Shown here in pieces: positions 1 to 9,831 of a stretch of DNA of 64,000 bases. Each line of letters begins with the position of its first letter. Positions within the stretch are counted from its first letter, which is position 1. The notes under the pieces are model-generated. The model saw only the letters and a program-made list of their open reading frames with translations. It had not been told where the DNA came from and did not search any database. This DNA comes from a virus. The stretch covers positions 1-64,000 of IMG/VR virus record IMGVR_UViG_3300037484_000374; one strand, given 5' to 3'. Position numbers and translations under genes: made by a program.

Positions 1-1848
1 TTCATACAAGGGGTGTAGTGTGGAAAGATATGCAAGAGCGTCGTTGATAGTGCTGTAGTCACCACCTGCTCCTACTGTCACTGTTATGTCTGAGGCGATT
101 GCTACTGTTTCACCTGTAGCACTTGTACTTCCCGTGAACGTTACATGCCCAGCACTAACAGCAAAGAATTCACTATCGAATGATGCAACTCCGAGAGTTC
201 CAGAGGTTGCTGTGTTTACTGTGTAATCTATAGCAGGAGTAATATCATCATATGTTACTGTAATATTAACCTGTGAACCATTGGTAATGAGATCACCAAC
301 CGCATCTTGAGAAACTTCGTCAAGAGAAATTGGATTAAGACTTACATGACCAGCACTAACAATGAATGAGTCGCTGTCAAAAGATGCAATACCTTTTACA
401 CCACTGGTTGCTGTATTGACTGTAAGATTTAATTTTCCTGATGGATCATCATAAACAACATCGATTCCTGTTTCTATGTTACCAGAAACCATGCCCCCAA
501 TGATATCTTGAATATCCTCATCGGTTGGAATAATCCCATATAAATCAGCAAGAACGGTTTCAACATTTGTTCCTGTAAAATAACCAGCACCATCTAAAAC
601 TTTTATATGTTGAGCGTCAAGAATATTTACCCATACTGGAATACCAGATGCTCCTAGTGACCATATGTTTAAATCAACATCGGTAGCAGAGGGTGAAATA
701 TCAAACCAAACATCATTTAATGCTCTATTTGTTGCTGTTGGTTCTGTGTCAAAATCAACTGCATGACCCCTTATCGTGTCTGTATCAAGATTATCAATCG
801 TTACTCTATTGGCATCATTATGGACAAGAAATATTGGATAACCACCGGTGATGGAAAATATATGTGTTGTTGTGATTGATCTCGGTAAATTTAAATGAAG
901 ATATTGTGAATGGTCATCATCGGTAAGTCCAGATAGACTACCGTGATCAGAAACACCATCTTGTAATGATATATGCCCAGCAACAATTGAGAAATCATTA
1001 CCATCGAATGATGCAACTCCGAGAGTTCCAGAGGTTGCTGTGTTTACTGTGTAATCTATAGCAGGAGTAATATCATCATATGTTACTGTAATATTAACCT
1101 GTGAACCATTGGTAATGAGATCACCAACCGCATCTTGAGAAACTTCGTCAAGAGAAATTGGATTAAGACTTACATGACCAGCACTAACAATGAATGAGTC
1201 GCTGTCAAAAGATGCAACTCCGAGCGAACCACTTGTTGCAGGTGGAACACTAAAATCAAGTTTCCCAGAGTTATATGTGACTGTAATATTGGTTTCGTTG
1301 TTACCGGCGACCATTGCACCGACAATATCCTCAACACCTGTGGTTGTTGTATCTAACCATATAGCATTAGAAGCCGTATTATCAACGCAGATGAATGATA
1401 GATCAAGTACCGTGTCTACCCATACCGTACCGATTTGATAACTGTCATCGGCACTCGTTGGGCTTGATACAGACTCTACCGTGTGTCTATGAAGAATTGT
1501 GTATCCAGCATCGGTTAAATCAGTATATTCAGCATCGGTCAAATGCTTATAATCACCAACATTCAAACTGTTCAGAATATTATGATCAACACCATATCCA
1601 CCGCCAGCCGTATTAATCCACTTAGAACCATCATATGATAAAATATTACCACTCGCTGGGGTTGTGATCGTAACGTCTTGAATGTTATCAATATTAAGAT
1701 ACCACTCGCCTGTGAGCTCTAAACCACCTTCAAGTACAAACCTTGAGGTTGATTGATCAAAAAATAGTCTGTGAGGATTTCCAACAGCATCATAGAAAAT
1801 CACATAATTACCCTGTTGGAGTAATATATCTGTTCCTTTAATTTTCAT
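1..1848 (-). CDS. Tail fibre / large virion structural protein, 3'-partial (runs off window; absent from ORF track)
   Basis: ATG at 1848 (MKIKGTDILLQQGNYVIF...). The parts translated are open, G/T/S/D-rich and contain repeated ATSGTLGVASFD modules. Confidence 0.75.
   Translation of the reverse strand, partial: MKIKGTDILLQQGNYVIFYDAVGNPHRLFFDQSTSRFVLEGGLELTGEWYLNIDNIQDVTITTPASGNILSYDGSKWINTAGGGYGVDHNILNSLNVGDYKHLTDAEYTDLTDAGYTILHRHTVESVSSPTSADDSYQIGTVWVDTVLDLSFICVDNTASNAIWLDTTTTGVEDIVGAMVAGNNETNITVTYNSGKLDFSVPPATSGSLGVASFDSDSFIVSAGHVSLNPISLDEVSQDAVGDLITNGSQVNITVTYDDITPAIDYTVNTATSGTLGVASFDGNDFSIVAGHISLQDGVSDHGSLSGLTDDDHSQYLHLNLPRSITTTHIFSITGGYPIFLVHNDANRVTIDNLDTDTIRGHAVDFDTEPTATNRALNDVWFDISPSATDVDLNIWSLGASGIPVWVNILDAQHIKVLDGAGYFTGTNVETVLADLYGIIPTDEDIQDIIGGMVSGNIETGIDVVYDDPSGKLNLTVNTATSGVKGIASFDSDSFIVSAGHVSLNPISLDEVSQDAVGDLITNGSQVNITVTYDDITPAIDYTVNTATSGTLGVASFDSEFFAVSAGHVTFTGSTSATGETVAIASDITVTVGAGGDYSTINDALAYLSTLHPLYE
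175..1217. repeat. 215-bp identical direct repeat (175-389 and 1003-1217) inside the fibre gene
   Basis: Base-by-base identical; offset 828 nt, in frame. Confidence 0.95.
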
Positions 1849-1860
1849 ATTTTATCCTTA

Positions 1861-2358
1861 TTATAAGAACTTAGAAATCTTTGATGGTCTCTTTTTCTTT
1901 TCTGTTTTTTTCTCTTCGTCACCACTAACAGGTGGTGTATCAGTTTTCTTTGCAACATCAAACCCGATAGTGGTCAGGTCTTCATCAATGAATTCACTGA
2001 TGGCAATTTTCAGACCTTCAATCACATTTGATTCATTTTTTTCAGGATTGTCCATAAGAACTTCCATCTTAGGTTCTTTTTTAATGGTTACATTCTCGCT
2101 AAATGGTTTCAAATAAAATTTATTATCGCCATTAACTTCAAGTTTAGCAAGATACTCTCCATTATCTATCTCTTTTATAACTTCTGACAAAGGTGGTATT
2201 TCAACTTTTACTTTGCTTCCATCAAATTCACATGGGAAACCATACTCAACACCTTCAACGATGATTCTGAATGTGAAGTTTAGTTTTGATGATTCTATAC
2301 CCTCATGGGCAACCGTCATTGTCAACGATTTTTTAAGTTTTGGGTTAAAAATTATCAT
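1861..2358 (-). CDS. Hypothetical phage protein
   Basis: ORF with RBS; TATAAATA late promoter upstream at 2392-2399 (-). Confidence 0.7.
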   Translation of the reverse strand: MIIFNPKLKKSLTMTVAHEGIESSKLNFTFRIIVEGVEYGFPCEFDGSKVKVEIPPLSEVIKEIDNGEYLAKLEVNGDNKFYLKPFSENVTIKKEPKMEVLMDNPEKNESNVIEGLKIAISEFIDEDLTTIGFDVAKKTDTPPVSGDEEKKTEKKKRPSKISKFL

Positions 2359-2394
2359 TATATTAGTTCTCCTATTTTACACGTCTATTAATAT

Positions 2395-2619
2395 TTATAT
2401 TAATAAATTTTTATCGTCCAGATTTAGGACAACAATATTTATATCGCTTGTTTCTTCTTTAAAATAAATTATTTTTACTTTTGGTAATTTACATGGGACT
2501 TCCTTCTCAACAATTCTGTCCTTAAACACGGTTTTTATCTCGAATGATGAGCTTCCACGATCACCGACACTATTACATCTACCAGCTACCATCCCTCTCG
2601 TTGCCATCGCTAAACTCAT
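2395..2619 (-). CDS. Small hypothetical protein
   Basis: Translationally coupled to the upstream gene (ATGA overlap). Confidence 0.6.
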   Translation of the reverse strand: MSLAMATRGMVAGRCNSVGDRGSSSFEIKTVFKDRIVEKEVPCKLPKVKIIYFKEETSDINIVVLNLDDKNLLI

Positions 2620-3137
2620 ATTTGGATGACCTTGTATGAATTTAGGTTGCCGCCTGAATTATATGTGCTTGTGATGAGGTAGGTTGCTAACACATTTATA
2701 TCTGTCCCAACACTGATACCATCTTTATAAGTTCGCATCCTTCCGGTCAAAAGACAGCCAGATTCATTATAAGTGCAAGAGTCAAGAAAATAGTTCTCTT
2801 GAACAAGTCCGAGAACTCTGCTGATAATAGTGGTCATACTGTCGAAATCGTTAGCAAAAACTTGAACATTTCCTGATTTTCCCCATGGAAAGTATTCGGA
2901 ATGATATATTACCAAGAGCCAAAGACCCGTGACATCAGGTGTAAAAGAAGCTCTATAATGACCACCACCAAGCTCCTCTATGGTTACCGGTACTGTTGTT
3001 GACCCTACTTCTGTTTTGTCAGGGGCAAATAATTGAAAGGTAAAATCTGTGGCGCTGAGGCTTGGAACTAACATATTAGTAACATCCACCACAGAAAAGT
3101 CTTCAAATGTATCTACGGCCACTCTTCCTAATATCAT
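2616..3137 (-). CDS. Putative virion structural protein (Ig-like beta-rich)
   Basis: GHYRASFTPDVTGLWLLVI pattern; structural gene context. Confidence 0.55.
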   Translation of the reverse strand: MILGRVAVDTFEDFSVVDVTNMLVPSLSATDFTFQLFAPDKTEVGSTTVPVTIEELGGGHYRASFTPDVTGLWLLVIYHSEYFPWGKSGNVQVFANDFDSMTTIISRVLGLVQENYFLDSCTYNESGCLLTGRMRTYKDGISVGTDINVLATYLITSTYNSGGNLNSYKVIQI

Positions 3138-3139
3138 GA

Positions 3140-3420
3140 AATATCCTTAGCAAATTCTCTAATTTTGTCTAAACATTTTTCTTTGTTAAAATTATAAATT
3201 TCTTCATCAATTATCATTAAACCAATACCTTTCTCTTTACATTTTTAAACAGTGCCAATAAACACCGTTGAATTCTATTCCATGTTACTTTATATTCATG
3301 CCCCTCTGGGCATTTAATATTTAATTTAGTTTGGTTATTCTTATAACAATCACTTAAAAGCTGGTAATCTTCTTTCTCAATTTGTTCTTTAACATATTCA
3401 TATGTTAATTTCTTACTCAT
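3140..3420 (-). pseudogene. Internally deleted zinc-repeat endonuclease remnant
   Basis: One partial repeat (KKLTYEYVKEQIEKE...CPEGHEYKVTW) joined out of frame to IEFNGVYWH and the family C-terminus. Confidence 0.85.
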
Positions 3421-3458
3421 AATAGTATTTATCAAAACTTACTCCGAAATTTTACAGT

Positions 3459-4055
3459 TTAATACAACAAATCCAAAGTAAAGAATATTTGTTTTGGAGT
3501 ATTTGATACGCTGAAATATTTTATTTTAATGGGAACCCCCCTCGGAATGAAACTTGCCCCAATTTTATTGGCCCCTATTTCAACCGTTCTCCCATGAACA
3601 GCGTATAAACTTTCTACCATTCTTATTGTCTGAAAAATTGGAGTATATGCGGGAATATTTTCTTTGAATGGTGGGTGAAAATAGACAGGATTCTCTAATT
3701 CCTCTGTTCTAACTACCTGATATGTGTAATTACCAATTTCAAGGTAATACCCATTTCCAGTATTGTCCCTCGCAGTATCATTGACAGTCAGTACATCATT
3801 ACCAGAAACACCTTCTGTCATTGTAATTCCAATCAATGTATCAGGAGCAACATCAAAATCAACGTAATCTCCAAGTTCTGCATACTGAAAGTCACATGTT
3901 CCTGCCAACAGTTCTACTTGGTATGGAAATGATATAATATACTCAGTTATACCAGAAGCACCTGTTGTAAATGTAAATCCTTTTGTTTTATAATGACCAT
4001 TTGTTTCGTTATATTCCTTGATAACAACCTGACCATCATCTGCATAATATCCCAT
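3459..4055 (-). CDS. Putative virion structural protein
   Basis: Beta-rich ORF in the structural operon. Confidence 0.55.
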   Translation of the reverse strand: MGYYADDGQVVIKEYNETNGHYKTKGFTFTTGASGITEYIISFPYQVELLAGTCDFQYAELGDYVDFDVAPDTLIGITMTEGVSGNDVLTVNDTARDNTGNGYYLEIGNYTYQVVRTEELENPVYFHPPFKENIPAYTPIFQTIRMVESLYAVHGRTVEIGANKIGASFIPRGVPIKIKYFSVSNTPKQIFFTLDLLY

Positions 4056-4058
4056 ATT

Positions 4059-4661
4059 TTATCCTTGTTTATATCCATTTGCAAATATTGTAAACTCTAT
4101 TAATGATGTTATATTATCTTTAATAAGCACTTCAAACCTATCAAGCGTACCTACACCCAATCTTAATGGTATAGGAAATTCTATTGGTACAATAAACCCG
4201 TAATCATTACCTACAACTGCGGCCAATACTTCGAAAGAACCACCAGAGTATTGTATAAAGCCAACATTATTGGTGACATTTTGCATAGCATAGTTAGTCT
4301 GACCATTTTGAATTATATAACAATCAACACCATTTGTTATACCATTGGTGATATCACCAAAGTCCTTCATTTTTACAGAGTCATCAATCATCCATATAAG
4401 AATATCTGTGATATATATATCATAAGTTGATGACGCTGGAATCCAGAATTTTTGTGGTGTAACAGAACCATCAACATTCATATTATTTGAGCCAGCTAAT
4501 GTACCACCAGCCCGTACATATCTTGAATAAAGTGTTTGAACAGATGGAGTGCCTGGGGTTGGTGGTGGTGCTGGAACAACCGCAACCAATAGAGCATTGT
4601 CTGTTGTGACCTTTACTGTCCTGTCTGATAGTGGGTCTTGTATGTTTGTATATATTGACAT
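4059..4661 (-). CDS. Putative virion structural protein (paralogous N-terminus)
   Basis: IQDPLSDRTVKV N-terminus resembles the two neighbouring genes. Confidence 0.55.
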   Translation of the reverse strand: MSIYTNIQDPLSDRTVKVTTDNALLVAVVPAPPPTPGTPSVQTLYSRYVRAGGTLAGSNNMNVDGSVTPQKFWIPASSTYDIYITDILIWMIDDSVKMKDFGDITNGITNGVDCYIIQNGQTNYAMQNVTNNVGFIQYSGGSFEVLAAVVGNDYGFIVPIEFPIPLRLGVGTLDRFEVLIKDNITSLIEFTIFANGYKQG

Positions 4662-4665
4662 ATTT

Positions 4666-5244
4666 TTATCCGTTTAACGTGTCTAGGTATATGAAACACA
4701 CTCTAACTATTACTTTACCGTCTGTGTTTGCTGACGCTGATGATATTTTCATTATCATTGCGTCATTTTGTCCGAGAACCATCATACCATCTAAGTCCAT
4801 TTCATAAAGTACTCCATTTATTGGGTGTGTTTTACAAAATATATTGCCATCATTCGCGCATGTAAAACCATCTGTTAATATTTCATGATTTCCAGAAAAG
4901 TTTGATGTTGCGTTTGTATTTGCGGCGGTGACAGCTGTACCACCAGAACATCCATTCGCACCAAGATACAATGATACATATTCATCAACAGACGGTAAGG
5001 ATGTTGTTGGGTATACCACTTGAAACGAAAACCTTTCTAAAAGAAGAAATTTATCAGAGGTATTTGTAATACCAAAGATATTCTTTGATGATGCGTTGGG
5101 TTCTGAGCCTTGTCCTGTACATGCAAATACAAATCCTTTTTGAAATGATTGATGCGAACCGATAGACTTAATTATGGCGCGAGTATTTAATTCGCCATCG
5201 AAAACCCTTGCTGTGTTTCCTGTTAAACTGTCTTTAATATTCAT
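4666..5244 (-). CDS. Putative virion structural protein
   Basis: MNIKDSLTGNTARV; paralog of 5271-5825. Confidence 0.55.
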   Translation of the reverse strand: MNIKDSLTGNTARVFDGELNTRAIIKSIGSHQSFQKGFVFACTGQGSEPNASSKNIFGITNTSDKFLLLERFSFQVVYPTTSLPSVDEYVSLYLGANGCSGGTAVTAANTNATSNFSGNHEILTDGFTCANDGNIFCKTHPINGVLYEMDLDGMMVLGQNDAMIMKISSASANTDGKVIVRVCFIYLDTLNG

Positions 5245-5270
5245 TGTATTGTCCTTATTTTAATTTATTA

Positions 5271-5825
5271 TTATTCATTGTGCTGTGCAAAGTAGAATCT
5301 CATCCCAAGTGTTGCATATGTAGCGTTTGTTCCCATTATACACATTGCGATACTGTCATTAGAATATAATAACAATGCACCATTAAATGGAAACTCTGAA
5401 AACCCTTTAGCTATATATCCACCAAGAATTCCGTGTGTATTATTTGATAAAAACATATTATTACCGTACCATGCTTCAACATTTGGTGTTTTATTTAGCC
5501 CAAAGTTCATATTTTCTGGTATAGCTGCCGAGCCACCAGATACATATACAGGGTTTCTTGTAACACTTACAAATGCACCATCAGAACTTTGACATGTTGC
5601 GAACAAAGCCTCAACGTGTAAGATATAATTGTTGTTCAGGTTTTTTACCATTAAACAACATTGATTTGTACCGTCAAGAGATATCTGTGGGTTTCCCACA
5701 AGATATGCACCTTCGCCATACGAACTCACATAATGTTCATCTGAAAGAATTATCGATCTTGTAACCAAATGTCCATCGGGGTTAACCTTCGCCGTATATC
5801 CTTTACTTCCATCTTCTATAATCAT
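5271..5825 (-). CDS. Putative virion structural protein
   Basis: MIIEDGSKGYTAKV; paralog of 4666-5244. Confidence 0.55.
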   Translation of the reverse strand: MIIEDGSKGYTAKVNPDGHLVTRSIILSDEHYVSSYGEGAYLVGNPQISLDGTNQCCLMVKNLNNNYILHVEALFATCQSSDGAFVSVTRNPVYVSGGSAAIPENMNFGLNKTPNVEAWYGNNMFLSNNTHGILGGYIAKGFSEFPFNGALLLYSNDSIAMCIMGTNATYATLGMRFYFAQHNE

Positions 5826-5838
5826 ATTTTATTCCCTC

Positions 5839-6261
5839 TTATAATTTTAAATCCAAATCTCCACTGTCTATCTCTTCACCATCCATACTTTCAAGGTGTT
5901 TTTCTATTTTTGTTAATACCACCAATTGTTCTTTCATTAATCGTAATAGGGTTCTATCTCTTGAAAGAGACTCATATATTGTTTGTATCTTTTTATCTCC
6001 AAGTACATCAACATCACTAATTTCAAGAAATATTTGAAGTTCGTCTCTTTCATCATGGGCAGAAACATCATAATCAAATGACAACATATCATCATCTATA
6101 ACACCACCCTTTCCATCTATCTGTGGAAGGTATATGATTTCGTTTCTTGTCACATTGGTTACGATTAAAACCGATGCCAACTCAACATCAAAATCATGAA
6201 GATAGAAATGTAAATGTCCATCTTGTGGGTCAAATTTATAATGGTCACATAAATATTTCAT
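5839..6261 (-). CDS. Hypothetical protein, probably structural
   Basis: LIVTNVTRNEIIY motif; operon context. Confidence 0.55.
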   Translation of the reverse strand: MKYLCDHYKFDPQDGHLHFYLHDFDVELASVLIVTNVTRNEIIYLPQIDGKGGVIDDDMLSFDYDVSAHDERDELQIFLEISDVDVLGDKKIQTIYESLSRDRTLLRLMKEQLVVLTKIEKHLESMDGEEIDSGDLDLKL

Positions 6262-6264
6262 ATT

Positions 6265-6828
6265 TTATCCTAATGTAATGGCCATGGCTATTGCCCATTC
6301 TCTATCATACTCATCGCCAGCGGTTATACTGTTGGTGATCGTGGTTAATTCATCTGTAAGACCAGATACAGCACTGATCGGTATTGTTCCAAAATGATTT
6401 GTTAAATCAAAAGCATCCCCAGAAATCGATGTGGGGTCATAAATAGAGGTGATCATATCACCAACACCACCAGCCGATGCTTCCCACTTTCCAGATGTAC
6501 TGTTATATGTTAGAACATATCCACCTGATGGGGTTGGTGCATTTACATCTGTTAAATCGTTAAGAACAGATATTACATCCCCGGCATCAGAGTCCTTAAC
6601 ATTTTCTATCTGTAGGTATTTATCACCATCTATTGCTGATAAATCACTTGTACCATTATTAACTACTAATGTACTATTAAGAATAAGAGTATCGAGAGAT
6701 TTTGAATCAAGTATTTCTGATAGTTCAAATAAATCGGATAGGGTGACTTGAGAGGTCGCTGGTATACTAACCCCCAAGTCATCTACCCATACTGGTGAAC
6801 CACCATTATTTTTAACAATTACTGTCAT
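6265..6828 (-). CDS. Tail-fibre-associated structural protein
   Basis: LNDLTDV...GYVLTYNSTSGKWE fibre motif; C-terminal AIAMAITLG. Confidence 0.65.
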   Translation of the reverse strand: MTVIVKNNGGSPVWVDDLGVSIPATSQVTLSDLFELSEILDSKSLDTLILNSTLVVNNGTSDLSAIDGDKYLQIENVKDSDAGDVISVLNDLTDVNAPTPSGGYVLTYNSTSGKWEASAGGVGDMITSIYDPTSISGDAFDLTNHFGTIPISAVSGLTDELTTITNSITAGDEYDREWAIAMAITLG

Positions 6829-6829
6829 A

Positions 6830-8416
6830 TTATGTTAAATTCCAAGCAATTTCCACCATAAACATTGGGTCTGCAACGCTTGAAGCCGCCCCCAAATAAC
6901 TTTGTAAATATGAAGAAGCCGCCACATCAATATTTGTAGTTGTAACTTGATTTCCAATTGCCGCTGACACTGACAATGCCGTTATATTGGTCAGTACGTC
7001 ATCTTTTCTCACGTTAAAGGTGCAAGTACCTGATGCGTTCAATTGTGCTGTCATGCCTATAATAGTAGCGTTCCTCATCAATCTGTAACCACTATTGTTT
7101 GATGGTAATGTACCACCCGCAAAATTGAGATATTGATCTTTTGTGTTTCCTTTTCTACCAAATGTTAAGAAGTATCTCTGTACGCTCAACCATTTAGCTC
7201 TTACAGAATCATACATACAGAGGATTCCACCGATATTTGATAATTGTCCAGTAGCCAATCCAGCTGTAGGAGAGGCACTTTGTGTTGATAGTTCAAGAGG
7301 TGCATAAAAATCACTTGATGCGTCAAGTTTAACAGCACCGGCATCAATTATGATTATTCTTCCGAGTCCAGCGCCATCTTGATCATAAGCACCATCAAGT
7401 GTGTTATGAATAACCGAACCAAGGGCTGTGTCAATATCAGAAAGAGCATTTTCTACATTTCCACCAGAAGTGATATAGGTATAGGTTCCTTCAACATCAA
7501 TTTCACTGGCATCATGCTTGTTTGCTCCACCGTTTAAATGGGTATCAATAGCCGATTGTGCTGTGGATGCCGCCGTTGCGTTTGTCCCTAACTGAGTGTC
7601 AATATCAGATATGGCATTTTCTACATTTCCACCGGAAGTAACGTAGGTATAGGTTCCTTCTACATCAATTTCTGATGCGTCATGCTTGCTTGCTCCACCA
7701 TTAAAATGACCTGTGAAATCTATATCACCGATCTTTATCCATAATGTGATTGTATCATATACATACTGTGCTGATTTACCGTCACCATCATCATTTACGA
7801 TTACCGCTGTATTATCTTCTGGTGTTCCGAGGTCTGTCCAAGAATCACCACTTGATGTGTATTCATAAATTGGATCATCTGCATCTGCTTCATTGATAAC
7901 CCTATCACCATCAAGAACAGGACCAGCACTTACCCATGCTGAACCAGACCATTTATAATATGTATCATCTGATGTGTTTACATAGTATGCGTTAACTACC
8001 GAACCCGCTCCTGGAATAGATGCAGAGGTTGTAATCGTATCAACAATATAATCAACCGGTTCAACCCATGCTGTATCACCAAATGTCGGTGCGTTTGTGA
8101 TGTTATCCCAATGCAATTGAGCCTGTCCAGAGGATTGCATCTCTGTTTTTGTGTAATGATTATCACGAACATCCTTAATATTCTCTAATGATAACCAATT
8201 AACTCCATTTGCCGCCGATAGATCACCAACACTATCATTGACAACCAATGTACCCGCCAGAACCAATGCTCTCAGATCATCGGAACCAGCAATTTCATCA
8301 TATGTAAACTGGTCACTGAATGTTATCTGTGTCGCTGTTGCAATGCTAATACCCAAATCTTCTACAATTTGAGTGATACCACTGTTATTTTTTATAATTA
8401 CTTGCCATGTGCTCAT
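6830..8416 (-). CDS. Tail fibre-like structural protein with internal repeat
   Basis: Two copies of H(F/L)NGGAxKHDASEIDVEGTYTY(V/I)TSGGNVENA(I/L)SDIDT. Confidence 0.7.
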   Translation of the reverse strand: MSTWQVIIKNNSGITQIVEDLGISIATATQITFSDQFTYDEIAGSDDLRALVLAGTLVVNDSVGDLSAANGVNWLSLENIKDVRDNHYTKTEMQSSGQAQLHWDNITNAPTFGDTAWVEPVDYIVDTITTSASIPGAGSVVNAYYVNTSDDTYYKWSGSAWVSAGPVLDGDRVINEADADDPIYEYTSSGDSWTDLGTPEDNTAVIVNDDGDGKSAQYVYDTITLWIKIGDIDFTGHFNGGASKHDASEIDVEGTYTYVTSGGNVENAISDIDTQLGTNATAASTAQSAIDTHLNGGANKHDASEIDVEGTYTYITSGGNVENALSDIDTALGSVIHNTLDGAYDQDGAGLGRIIIIDAGAVKLDASSDFYAPLELSTQSASPTAGLATGQLSNIGGILCMYDSVRAKWLSVQRYFLTFGRKGNTKDQYLNFAGGTLPSNNSGYRLMRNATIIGMTAQLNASGTCTFNVRKDDVLTNITALSVSAAIGNQVTTTNIDVAASSYLQSYLGAASSVADPMFMVEIAWNLT

Positions 8417-8445
8417 ATTTTATTTCTCCTTATAGAAATTGTATT

Positions 8446-8898
8446 TTATCTATATGCCAATTCAACAGAAACTATTGGATACCCAACGCTCCCGCTATCA
8501 ACAATGAGATATGACTGTATAAAATCGTTAACATCTAAATTGATGTTCAAATTATCCACTGTTTTCGATACTTCGTTAACTAAATTGATACTCGTAACCA
8601 CCGTTACGCCATCATTTTTCCTTACTTCAACAGCACAATTTGAACTACCTTTTGTCCTCACCGACACCGATGTTACAATACAATTTCTTACTATCTGGTA
8701 ACCGTTTGTGTTACTATATAATCCACTGACAACAGCCATCCATCTATCGTTAACTATTGTCTTGTGGTTTATACCAAATTCCTTGCTTTCCCTGCTTATT
8801 GATACCCATTTTGAACGAACAGAGTCGTATACTTGTAGTAAACCATAAGCATCTATCTTAGTTGGTTGTCCTGTGTTGCTTATAGTGTCTCTTAACAT
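8446..8898 (-). CDS. Structural protein, stand-alone paralog of the C-terminal domain of 6830-8416
   Basis: Shared YDSVRxKWxS, GY, RN and QSYL pattern. Confidence 0.6.
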   Translation of the reverse strand: MLRDTISNTGQPTKIDAYGLLQVYDSVRSKWVSISRESKEFGINHKTIVNDRWMAVVSGLYSNTNGYQIVRNCIVTSVSVRTKGSSNCAVEVRKNDGVTVVTSINLVNEVSKTVDNLNINLDVNDFIQSYLIVDSGSVGYPIVSVELAYR

Positions 8899-8904
8899 GT
8901 AATA

Positions 8905-9285
8905 CTATCCGTTCAACATCATTTTTTCGTCTATTAAGCCAATTTTTACCAGTGATTCTACCTCTATTGGTGTCAGCTTCACATTTGCCTTTTCAAGAAC
9001 ATCAATAGAGATAGAGGGCATTTCAATATCAACGTCCACATCTAAAAGTCCATTGTATTCCTTGAGGAACGCTGGAAGTTTTTCTTTTGTTACCGTTATC
9101 TGGTCACCATCTCCCTTTACACCATACTGATTTACCAGTTTTATTCTCATTTTTTCCAAAATTGTCAGTTCTTGATCCATTTTTGGAAGACATTTCGATA
9201 GTAAATACGCTATCTTAATTGGCAATGCTGTGTTTACCACTTTCTTCAATACTGTTTCTACATTTTTTAAATCACCGAGTTTCAT
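8905..9285 (-). CDS. DUF1617-like phage protein
   Basis: LPIKIAY...R..LVNQYG...F..EY..LL...V.I pattern. Confidence 0.55.
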   Translation of the reverse strand: MKLGDLKNVETVLKKVVNTALPIKIAYLLSKCLPKMDQELTILEKMRIKLVNQYGVKGDGDQITVTKEKLPAFLKEYNGLLDVDVDIEMPSISIDVLEKANVKLTPIEVESLVKIGLIDEKMMLNG

Positions 9286-9306
9286 ACTTTTCTCCTTACA
9301 GTTTAG

Positions 9307-9831
9307 TTAAATTTTATCCATTAACAATATAACAACCTTAACAATAGCAAATAATGAGGTTGTTGATATCACCACACCTATCCCTATATTTCTCCATTTA
9401 TTAACCTTGTCATCGATCTTCTTGAAACCATCTTTGGATTCTTTAATATCGGTCTCGAGTTTTTCTTTTACTTTTTCGATTTCCTTCATCCATGATATAC
9501 GAAAGTTTGTAAAGTTTTCAGATAGTTGTTTTATATCATTTCTTAGTTCACCATGTTGATCAAAATCATCCTTGAGGGTTTCCCTAATTTCATCGATTTG
9601 TCTTTCGAGTTCTTTGAAATGTGCTGAACCTTGGTCGAATGTTTTCTGAATGACACCCATGGCACTCTGTAAAGACTCTCTGTGTCCTTTATTGGCCAAG
9701 TTAGAAACGACATTTGACTGTTCAATCGCCTGAGCAAGCCTCTTTTCCATGTCTTCTATTTTCTGATAACAGGCTTGTTTTCTAAGATCACATATTCTCG
9801 GATCGAATTTTTGTGATTTTCTTTCAGGCAT
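9307..9831 (-). CDS. Coiled-coil protein with C-terminal transmembrane helix
   Basis: Heptad-rich body; IGIGVVISTTSLFAIVKVVILLM at the end. Confidence 0.7.
   Translation of the reverse strand: MPERKSQKFDPRICDLRKQACYQKIEDMEKRLAQAIEQSNVVSNLANKGHRESLQSAMGVIQKTFDQGSAHFKELERQIDEIRETLKDDFDQHGELRNDIKQLSENFTNFRISWMKEIEKVKEKLETDIKESKDGFKKIDDKVNKWRNIGIGVVISTTSLFAIVKVVILLMDKI

Noticed and set aside
175-1217. Diversity-generating retroelement TR/VR pair
   Set aside because: The copies are identical, with no adenine-specific mismatches and no reverse transcriptase in the window.
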